This document shows positions 28,146 to 34,425 of a stretch of DNA of 34,425 nucleotides, in pieces (the first letter of the stretch is position 1; each line of letters starts with the position of its first letter). This DNA is from Candidatus Kaiserbacteria bacterium (GTDB taxonomy: Bacteria; Patescibacteriota; Minisyncoccia; Phycocordibacterales; UBA2100). The stretch lies in contig CP070993.1 of NCBI GenBank assembly GCA_017134395.1, forward strand, positions 153,231 to 187,655, written 5' to 3'. The notes under the pieces are model-generated. The model did not search any database. It saw only the letters and a program-made list of their open reading frames with translations, and was not told the DNA's origin. The translations under genes and the position numbers were made by a program.

Positions 28146-28171
28146 AAAAAGCCGCATATATGCGGCTTTTT
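28146..28171. terminator. 26-nt perfect palindromic bidirectional terminator
   Basis: AAAAAGCCGCATATATGCGGCTTTTT. Confidence 0.75.
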
Positions 28172-28258
28172 CTATTGCAACATAGGTATATTTATGCAAC
28201 TATCAAGCAAGTTTGTACTTTTTGTTCAACTAGTCTAGTCATGAAAGGGAGACTAATA

Positions 28259-29191
28259 ATGGCTACGGTTGCAAAACTTGAATCGACTGAAGAAGACTTC
28301 AGTCCAAATACTATTTACCCTGTGACGCTGAACCAAATTCTTCCATTTCCGGACCAGCCTCGGCAACATTTTGACGAACAAGGCATCAAGGATTTGGCAG
28401 AAAGTATTCAGGAAAAAGGCCAGCAAACGCCCGTCGTTCTCTGCAAGAACCCCAGTTATCCTGAACATTTTATGCTCGTCGGGGGTGAAAGACGCTTTCG
28501 GGCGTTCACTCTCATAAGTCAGCTTACTGGGAAAAATCCTGAAGTCCTTGCGGTGTTTAAGCCGTTCGAAAATGGGGAAAATCATTTCCGGATTGCGTTG
28601 CTTGATAATCACCACAGAAAAGGTCTTTGCGAACTTGATGAAGCACATGCATTCGCGAAACTTCATCATAAATTTGGCGACACAATTGCACGTATCGCCA
28701 AAGACATGGGAAAGTCAGTTTCCCATGTTAACCAATACATTCTGGTTGCCGGCCTCCCTGAGGAGGTAAAGGAACTGATGAATCCAAATCTTCCCAGAAT
28801 CGAAAGGCTCAACATAAGTGCGGCAATAAAGATTGCACAAGGGGTTCCTAAGAGCAATCCCGATCTGCGTATTGAACTTGCCAGGGAATCTGTGGAAAGA
28901 AGTCTGCCGGTAGTTGAGGTTAGTGCATTCGTCGAAAGGAGAACTGAGCAAGCCGGATACCGCATTGGTGGAAGCAGAAGAAAACCTTCTGATGATTATA
29001 AGGCGCTTCTGGGGTTTTTCGGGAGAACAAAAACCCAGCTTAAGCGTCACTGTGCGCATCCAAATATCGAAGCGCTATTCCTAAAACGAGACGATCCTGC
29101 AGCTGATAAAAAAGCAGCTCTGGAGAGTATCGATTCCGTTGTGCGACAACTGGAATCACTTCGTCGCAAAATTGCAGGCGATGAAACGTAG
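28259..29191 (+). CDS. ParB/Srx-family protein (ParB N-terminal domain plus HTH), orphan
   Basis: ParB box motifs LPFPDQPRQHFDEQGIKDLAESIQEKGQQTPVV and VGGERRFRAF, then HTH DTIARIAKDMGKSVSHVNQYILVAGLPEEVKELM. The ATG at 28259 has GGGAG 7 nt upstream. The track start at 28160 lies inside the terminator palindrome. Confidence 0.8.
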   Translation: MATVAKLESTEEDFSPNTIYPVTLNQILPFPDQPRQHFDEQGIKDLAESIQEKGQQTPVVLCKNPSYPEHFMLVGGERRFRAFTLISQLTGKNPEVLAVFKPFENGENHFRIALLDNHHRKGLCELDEAHAFAKLHHKFGDTIARIAKDMGKSVSHVNQYILVAGLPEEVKELMNPNLPRIERLNISAAIKIAQGVPKSNPDLRIELARESVERSLPVVEVSAFVERRTEQAGYRIGGSRRKPSDDYKALLGFFGRTKTQLKRHCAHPNIEALFLKRDDPAADKKAALESIDSVVRQLESLRRKIAGDET

Positions 29192-29211
29192 ACAACCAAT
29201 GAGACAACAAA

Positions 29212-29249
29212 ACTGGGCAAGACGTTACGACGTCTTGCCCAGTCTTTTT
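29212..29249 (+). terminator. Strong intrinsic terminator after the ParB-like gene
   Basis: ACTGGGCAAGACGT tacg ACGTCTTGCCCAGT (14-bp stem) followed by CTTTTT. Confidence 0.85.
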
Positions 29250-29250
29250 A

Positions 29251-29279
29251 TTGACAATAAACGAAACCTGCGGTTAACT
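29251..29279 (+). promoter_or_regulatory. Promoter of the CtrA-like gene
   Basis: TTGACA (29251-29256), 17-nt spacer, TTAACT (29274-29279). Confidence 0.5.
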
Positions 29280-29323
29280 CACGTATAGTATTGTTCCTAA
29301 CCAACCAACAAAGGAGAGGTTCT

Positions 29324-30070
29324 ATGAAAATTCTCTGTGTAGGTGTTGATGAGACTACGCTAGAATTCTTGAGAGCACATGGATTCGCGATCGAGGAGGG
29401 ATCGGACATTGAAACTGCTGAAGATCTCGATCCTTACTTGCTGGGTCTTGAATCTGCTGCTGGCCTTGTAGACGTTGAGGCAAGTGGTCTTGGAATTTTC
29501 TTTCCACGATCAGTTCGCAATGCAAGAAACACCACGCCACTTGTCGGAATCGCATCGGTCAACAAAGACGAAGCATGGTCAGAAACATGTGCCGAATTTT
29601 TGGAAATCGGGGGAGACTATTTGGTCAAACGGCCGGTAAGTCCGCGAGAAGTAATTGCTGCCCTAAGTTCGAGCATACGCCGATCAAACAACGGCTTGCA
29701 TGACATCGTCTTCTGCGAACTGCAGGATCCTAAATTGGGAGATCTTACTCTCAAGATCAATACAACGACGAGCAGAGTGTATGTCGATGATAAAGAGATC
29801 CTTCTTACTGGCAAAGAAAGAAGCTGTATTCGTACGCTTGCTTTGGCCGTAGACAGAGTGCTTTCAAAAGAGCAGATTCTCAACAGCATGTACGCCCTCG
29901 AAATTGATGAGCCGGAATTAAAAATTATCGACGTCTTCATGTGCAAGATTCGTAAAAAACTGGCAGAAGTCGATCCACGTGCCAGCATTTTTATTCAGAC
30001 AATTTGGGGTCGAGGCTACTCTTTGGTAAGCCTGCTTGCCCTAAACAACTCTGAACAAAAGGCTGTGTGA
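29324..30070 (+). CDS. OmpR-family response regulator with a CtrA-type DNA-binding domain
   Basis: The ATG at 29324 is preceded by AAAGGAGAGG. The receiver has D9/E10, D50 and K102 at the expected spacing. The output domain reads LLTGKE...DEPELKIIDVFMCKIRKKL...QTIWGRGYSL, closely matching the CtrA recognition-helix region as I recall it. Confidence 0.8.
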   Translation: MKILCVGVDETTLEFLRAHGFAIEEGSDIETAEDLDPYLLGLESAAGLVDVEASGLGIFFPRSVRNARNTTPLVGIASVNKDEAWSETCAEFLEIGGDYLVKRPVSPREVIAALSSSIRRSNNGLHDIVFCELQDPKLGDLTLKINTTTSRVYVDDKEILLTGKERSCIRTLALAVDRVLSKEQILNSMYALEIDEPELKIIDVFMCKIRKKLAEVDPRASIFIQTIWGRGYSLVSLLALNNSEQKAV

Positions 30071-30071
30071 C

Positions 30072-30112
30072 AAAATGGACCCGGAGCATCGAAATGCACC
30101 GGGTCCTTTTTT
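30072..30112. terminator. Bidirectional terminator shared by the convergent CtrA-like and SciP-like genes
   Basis: GGACCCGG ... CCGGGTCC with inner GCAT/ATGC pairing. TTTTTT lies downstream and an A-run upstream. Confidence 0.8.
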
Positions 30113-30353
30113 AATGACGACGCGTCACGCGAAGCCCTTTCACACCGTCTTTTTGTAAGGTAGTTCGCCACTCGATAAGCGTGTTCGCGTCGACATCGTA
30201 CTTTTTTTCTAGTCTCTCAAAAGAAAGGATGCCTAGATCGACAGCTCTCACAATCATCGCCTTACGTCCAGGTGTCCAGCGAGTTATGGTCGGAGGAAGA
30301 TCTTCTTCCCTCAAAATGGAATTGCCCTCAGCATCATACAGAGTTCCACTCAC
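30111..30353 (-). CDS. SciP/DUF1153-like small HTH protein
   Basis: 80 aa. GTG start preceded by AAAGGAG. The pattern DLPPTITRWTPGRKAMIVRAVDLGILSFERLEKKY...IEW....QKDGVKGLRVTRR matches the DUF1153/SciP consensus from memory. Confidence 0.7.
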   Translation of the reverse strand: MSGTLYDAEGNSILREEDLPPTITRWTPGRKAMIVRAVDLGILSFERLEKKYDVDANTLIEWRTTLQKDGVKGLRVTRRH

Positions 30354-30448
30354 AGTTATCTCCTTTACCTGTTCAAGTGCCTAATTTGAGTATATGATAG
30401 GCCATATATTTTGTCCATATTACCCATTGCTCAAAATAGAAATAATAT

Positions 30449-31549
30449 ATGTCACTTTCCATAGGTATCGTAGGACTTCCAAACGTCGGTAAATCGACGC
30501 TTTTTAATGCACTCACGAAGAAGTCAGTTACCGCAGCAAACTTTCCTTTTTGTACTATCGATCCCTCAGTTGGTGTAGTTGCAGTACCAGACGCACGTCT
30601 CAATCAACTTGCAGAAATGTCGAAATCAGAAAAAACTCTACCCGCCATCGTTGAGTTTGTTGATATAGCGGGACTCGTCAAAGGAGCATCTGAAGGTGAG
30701 GGGCTTGGAAACCAATTCCTCGCTAACATCCGTGAGGTAGATGCAATTGCGCAAGTTGTACGTGTTTTTGATGATGAGGATATTACGCATGTACACGGAG
30801 CAGTGGATCCTATACATGATATAGATATTATAAATCTTGAGCTTGTTCTTGCAGATACCCAAACTGTGGCAAAACGTCTAGGCACTATTGAGAAAGATGT
30901 TAAAGCTGGGAACAAAGAAGCTGCAATTCTAAAAAGTGCATTAGAGAAATTGCTCGTAACTCTTGAGTCAGGAAAACTTGCGAGTGTCACTCGACTGGAT
31001 GAGAAAGAACTTGTACAGGTAAAAGGCTTGCAACTGCTGACAATGAAGCCCTTTATGTATATCTTAAACAAAAAAAGCTCCGGATTTAATGTCCATGAAC
31101 AACCAGATGAACGTGGTGTTCAGCTAAAAAGTTTCCTTGAAGACGCAGGGGTATACTGGGTAGAAGTCGATGCAAGCGTTGAAGACGAACTAAAAGATGT
31201 GCACGGGGATGACGCACAAGAATTTAGACGTGAGTTTGGAATTCTACAAAGTGGAGTAGATGAGCTTATAAAAACTGGGTATTCGCTCTTAAACTTAATT
31301 TCATTCTTCACCACAGGCGAAAAAGAAACACGTGCATGGACAATTAAGAAGGGGAGTACAGCACCAACTGCTGCTGGAGTTATTCACACTGATTTTGAAA
31401 CAAAATTTATTCGTGCAGAAACTATTTCGTGGGAAGAACTTCTTAACGCTGGTTCGTGGAGTGCAGCAAAAGGAAACGGGAAAGTGCGTACAGAAGGTAA
31501 AGAATATATCGTACAAGATGGTGACGTGATGGAGTTTTTGCATAGTTAA
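30449..31549 (+). CDS. ychF: Ribosome-binding ATPase YchF
   Basis: GIVGLPNVGKSTLFNALT, DIAGLVKGASEGEGLGNQFL and the C-terminal TGS-like motif RAWTIKKGSTAPTAAGVIHTDFE. Confidence 0.95.
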   Translation: MSLSIGIVGLPNVGKSTLFNALTKKSVTAANFPFCTIDPSVGVVAVPDARLNQLAEMSKSEKTLPAIVEFVDIAGLVKGASEGEGLGNQFLANIREVDAIAQVVRVFDDEDITHVHGAVDPIHDIDIINLELVLADTQTVAKRLGTIEKDVKAGNKEAAILKSALEKLLVTLESGKLASVTRLDEKELVQVKGLQLLTMKPFMYILNKKSSGFNVHEQPDERGVQLKSFLEDAGVYWVEVDASVEDELKDVHGDDAQEFRREFGILQSGVDELIKTGYSLLNLISFFTTGEKETRAWTIKKGSTAPTAAGVIHTDFETKFIRAETISWEELLNAGSWSAAKGNGKVRTEGKEYIVQDGDVMEFLHS

Positions 31550-31612
31550 TTGACTTCAATTATACGCCCATTCATGTACTATATTAGTATTAACGTACTA
31601 ACATAATTATTT

Positions 31613-32578
31613 ATGAATGAAAAAGCAAAAGTGACACCCAAAGATTTCTTCTTCTGGGCTGGAGCCATGGTCACCTTATACTTCTCGATAGGAAGTTTTA
31701 TTACACTATCGTTTGAATATATCGACCGTCTCGTGGGCGAAGGTGGTGTTGTTGGTTATGATCCATATTCAAGTGGTATTCGTCTCGCAATCGCAAGCCT
31801 CATCGTCCTTTTCCCTGTATTTATTACCTTAACTCGTTTACTACAGAAGGACATTCGTGTTCATCCCGAAAAGAGCGACCTTTGGGTACGCCGATGGTTA
31901 ATCGTATTAACGATTTTCGGCGCTGCTGTAGCGCTTATTGTTGACCTCATCGTTCTTCTAAACGCATTCTTAGGCGGAGAAGAACTAACCGCAGCATTCT
32001 TACTTAAGATTCTCACGGTTCTTATAGTGTTCGGTGGAGTGTTCTACTACTACGTACAAGCAATTCGTGGTGTATGGGTAGAAAAAGAGAAACTTTCGAA
32101 AATGATTGGTGCTGGAGTCTCAGGATTGCTCGTTATATTCATCATCCTTGGTTTCTTTATAATGGGTTCTCCTGCAGCGCAACGAGAATTTCGTAACGAT
32201 GACCAAAGAATAAATGATCTCAGTAGCATCCAATCACAAGTAACAAACTATTATCGCGCAACAGAACGACTACCGGATACACTTGAAGATCTCAAAGACC
32301 CACTAGTTGGTGGGTACATTAGTTCCGACCCACAAACAGATGAGGATTATGAGTATGAAAAGACAGGAGCGCTTACATTTGAGCTCTGCGCAACATTTGA
32401 GCGGGCATTGCCAGAAATCGATGAAACAGGCGGGCAAAGTAATGACTGGCGCATTCAAGACTTAAAACGAACAGCGGAAGATTGGGCACACGGTGAAGGT
32501 CGCACGTGCTTTGAGCGCACAATCGACCCAGAACTTATAAAGCCCTATCCAGAACAGGGAGAAATCCTTCGATTCTAA
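31613..32578 (+). CDS. Membrane protein, DUF5671-like N-terminal TM region plus pseudopilin-like globular C-terminal domain
   Basis: Five or six TM helices, then RINDLSSIQSQVTNYYRATERLPDTLEDL...DPQTDEDYEY, which resembles CPR pilin-like domains. Confidence 0.55.
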   Translation: MNEKAKVTPKDFFFWAGAMVTLYFSIGSFITLSFEYIDRLVGEGGVVGYDPYSSGIRLAIASLIVLFPVFITLTRLLQKDIRVHPEKSDLWVRRWLIVLTIFGAAVALIVDLIVLLNAFLGGEELTAAFLLKILTVLIVFGGVFYYYVQAIRGVWVEKEKLSKMIGAGVSGLLVIFIILGFFIMGSPAAQREFRNDDQRINDLSSIQSQVTNYYRATERLPDTLEDLKDPLVGGYISSDPQTDEDYEYEKTGALTFELCATFERALPEIDETGGQSNDWRIQDLKRTAEDWAHGEGRTCFERTIDPELIKPYPEQGEILRF

Positions 32579-32597
32579 GACGCTCCTCTTCACGAAG

Positions 32598-32630
32598 AAA
32601 AACAGCCGCTTTCACGGCTGTTTTTCTTTT
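32598..32630 (+). terminator. Intrinsic terminator
   Basis: AAAAACAGCCG ctttca CGGCTGTTTTT followed by CTTTT. Confidence 0.8.
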
Positions 32631-32645
32631 CCAAATAAGAACCTA

Positions 32646-32654
32646 TGCTACTAT
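32646..32654 (+). promoter_or_regulatory. Extended -10 (TGcTACTAT) immediately upstream of leuS
   Basis: TACTAT at 32649-32654 and the ATG at 32662, 7 nt downstream. This implies a leaderless or near-leaderless mRNA. Confidence 0.45.
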
Positions 32655-32661
32655 TAGCCTC

Positions 32662-34425
32662 ATGCGAAAATACGATTATGCCAAAATTGAAGCGAAATGG
32701 CAGAAACAGTGGGAAGCTTTAAAAAGCAACACTATTGATAAAGACGATGCATCGAAAGAAAAATTTTACCTCCTCGACATGTTTCCGTATCCATCAGGTG
32801 ACGGATTACACATGGGGCACACTGAGGCCTACACCGCTAATGATATATTCTCGCGTTATAAAAAAGCGCAAGGTTTTAACGTGCTTCATGCAACCGGCTT
32901 TGATTCTTTCGGGCTACCGGCTGAGAATTATGCAATAAAAACTGGTACACATCCAAAAGAAACGACCAAAACGAATGCAAAGAACTTTGTACGGCAATGG
33001 AAAGCGCTTGGTATCAACTATGATTATGATGACGCAATCTTTACTTCAGATTCAAGTTACTATAAGTGGACTCAGTGGTTGTTCTTACAATTTTTTAAGA
33101 ATGATTTAGTATACAAAAAAACGACGATAGTAAACTGGTGCGAATCATGCAAAACGGTGCTTGCGAATGAGCAAGTAGAAAACGGTGCATGTGAGCGGTG
33201 TAAGAATGACGTGATACAAAAACCAATTCCAAGCTGGTTTTTCAAAACAACTGAATTTGCAGAAGATCTAATTACCGGGCATGAAAAAATAGATTGGCCT
33301 GAAGCGACACGAAAAAATCAAATAAATTGGATAGGGAAAAGCGAGGGTGCGGAGCTCACGTTTACTATAAAAGAACGAGAAGAAAGAATTGCCGTATTTA
33401 CCACACGTCCTGATACACTCTTTGGTGCAACGTATGTGGTTCTTGCTCCTGAACATCCTCTTATCGATATATGGACATCCAACGTCCATATATTGGAGAA
33501 TATGGAAGAGGTAAAGAAGTATGTTGAAAGTGCTCAAAAAAAGACTGATCTAGAACGAACAGTAAATACAAAGGAAAAGACAGGTGTGGAGTTAAAGGGG
33601 GTTAAAGCTATTAACCCTGCAAATCAAGAGGAGATTCCTATATACATTGCAGACTATGTGCTTGCACAATACGGAACTGGGGCAATTATGGCAGTTCCGG
33701 CTCACGACACTCGAGATGCTGAATTCGCGACAACTAGAGACCTTCCTGCACTAAGAGTTATCACGGGAGGAGAAACTGGCAAGACAAATCCAGTTGAAAA
33801 AAATAAGAAAATTGTAGTTACTGATTCTGCTAAGGTAGCCATAGAAGTAAAGCTAAACGTGTACTCTGGAGAAGGGGAATTGGTTAATTCAGGAGAATTC
33901 GACGGCCTTACTTCAGGCGAGGCAAAGCAAAAAATTACTGAAAAAGTTGGAGGAGTAATGAAAACCACCTATAAGCTGCGTGATTGGTCAATCTCTCGAC
34001 AACGCTACTGGGGGACTCCTATCCCTATTGTGTACGACCCTGAGGGTACTGCTCATCCTGTACCAGAAGAACATCTACCATGGATACTTCCAGAGGATGT
34101 TGATTTTGTGCCCACTGGCGAAGCACCACTTGCAAAGTCAAAGGAACTACAAGAGAGAACTGAAAAAATATTCGGAAAAGGATGGGCGCCAGAAGTAGAC
34201 ACTATGGATACCTTCGTGTGTTCCTCATGGTATTACTTACGCTATCCAGACCCTTTTAACGAAGAAGAATTTTGCAGTGAGAAGCGCTTGAAACATTGGC
34301 TACCTGTTGATCTCTACATTGGAGGCGCAGAGCATACGTATTTACATCTCATGTACGCTCGTTTCTTTACGAAGGCACTAAACAAAATAGGACTTTTGGA
34401 TTTTGATGAACCATTCCTAAAGATG
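32662..34425 (+). CDS. leuS: Leucyl-tRNA synthetase (LeuS), N-terminal 588 codons; 3' end outside the window
   Basis: My own translation in this frame gives MRKYDYAKIEAKWQKQW...YLLDMFPYPSGDGLHMGHTEAYT (HIGH-type motif), then ...TTRPDTLFGATYVVLAPEHPL... and ...GTGAIMAVPAHDTRDAEFA... The frame is open to the last base. It is missing from the ORF track because there is no stop. Confidence 0.95.
   Translation, partial: MRKYDYAKIEAKWQKQWEALKSNTIDKDDASKEKFYLLDMFPYPSGDGLHMGHTEAYTANDIFSRYKKAQGFNVLHATGFDSFGLPAENYAIKTGTHPKETTKTNAKNFVRQWKALGINYDYDDAIFTSDSSYYKWTQWLFLQFFKNDLVYKKTTIVNWCESCKTVLANEQVENGACERCKNDVIQKPIPSWFFKTTEFAEDLITGHEKIDWPEATRKNQINWIGKSEGAELTFTIKEREERIAVFTTRPDTLFGATYVVLAPEHPLIDIWTSNVHILENMEEVKKYVESAQKKTDLERTVNTKEKTGVELKGVKAINPANQEEIPIYIADYVLAQYGTGAIMAVPAHDTRDAEFATTRDLPALRVITGGETGKTNPVEKNKKIVVTDSAKVAIEVKLNVYSGEGELVNSGEFDGLTSGEAKQKITEKVGGVMKTTYKLRDWSISRQRYWGTPIPIVYDPEGTAHPVPEEHLPWILPEDVDFVPTGEAPLAKSKELQERTEKIFGKGWAPEVDTMDTFVCSSWYYLRYPDPFNEEEFCSEKRLKHWLPVDLYIGGAEHTYLHLMYARFFTKALNKIGLLDFDEPFLKM

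Noticed and set aside
28160-28258. The ORF-track start (ATG 28160) for the ParB-like gene
   Set aside because: That ATG lies inside the 26-nt palindromic terminator and adds a non-ParB-like hydrophobic or Cys-containing extension. The ATG at 28259 has a GGGAG SD at correct spacing (28241 is a weaker alternative).
27864-30448. Canonical CtrA boxes (TTAA-N7-TTAAC, TTAACCAT) and a parS site (TGTTTCACGTGAAACA-like) in the module's intergenic regions
   Set aside because: I scanned the four intergenic stretches by eye. I found only an isolated TTAAC at 29274-29278, which coincides with the putative -10, and no parS-like palindrome. No claim of local CtrA or ParB sites is made.
30604-31071. 155-aa ORF on the minus strand, antisense to ychF
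   Set aside because: It is a shadow ORF of a highly conserved gene and its product is Ser-rich low complexity.
33467-33493. The 27-nt palindrome in leuS as an in-frame MITE or REP insertion
   Set aside because: The LeuS frame is uninterrupted. The segment between APEHPL and TDLER is only about 4 residues longer than in the Bacillus LeuS I recall. It is therefore reported only as a sequence-family resemblance, not as an insertion.

Overview
The window reads as a chromosomal segment of a low-GC, small-genome bacterium. Gene content suggests a Patescibacteria/CPR (Parcubacteria-like) organism: a short UvrC, short ATP synthase delta and epsilon subunits, RNHCP and DUF5671-like genes, few Shine-Dalgarno sites and many hairpin terminators. 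That lineage call is inference only.

Gene order:
- uvrA (5' partial), a small Cys-rich ORF on the minus strand, short uvrC, murB, ddl, and a pterin-4a-carbinolamine dehydratase-like gene.
- tRNA-Ala(UGC), followed 176 bp later by a 15-nt duplicate of its own 3' end.
- An ATP-grasp(TTL-like)/HD fusion gene, a membrane-anchored wHTH gene and two micro-ORFs.
- A tightly packed XRE / DUF2178-like / thioredoxin / CcdA / thioredoxin operon.
- DoxX, DUF1360, a sugar nucleotidyltransferase and a secreted Pro/Thr-rich protein.
- A complete F1Fo ATP synthase operon (atpBEFHAGDC) with an extra ORF between atpG and atpD. It is translationally coupled to an RNHCP gene and truB.
- A palindrome-rich convergent intergenic zone, then an RND pump and its membrane-fusion partner on the minus strand.
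- ychF, a DUF5671-like membrane protein and leuS (3' partial; missing from the ORF track because it has no stop in the window).

The most unusual stretch is about 27.9-30.4 kb. It holds four separately punctuated units:
- a promoter / five-hairpin / terminator unit that looks like a novel ~185-nt structured sRNA;
- an orphan ParB-family gene;
- a response regulator whose DNA-binding domain carries a motif I recall as the alphaproteobacterial CtrA signature;
- a convergent SciP/DUF1153-like small HTH gene.

No CRISPR array, rRNA, transposase or integrase was seen.
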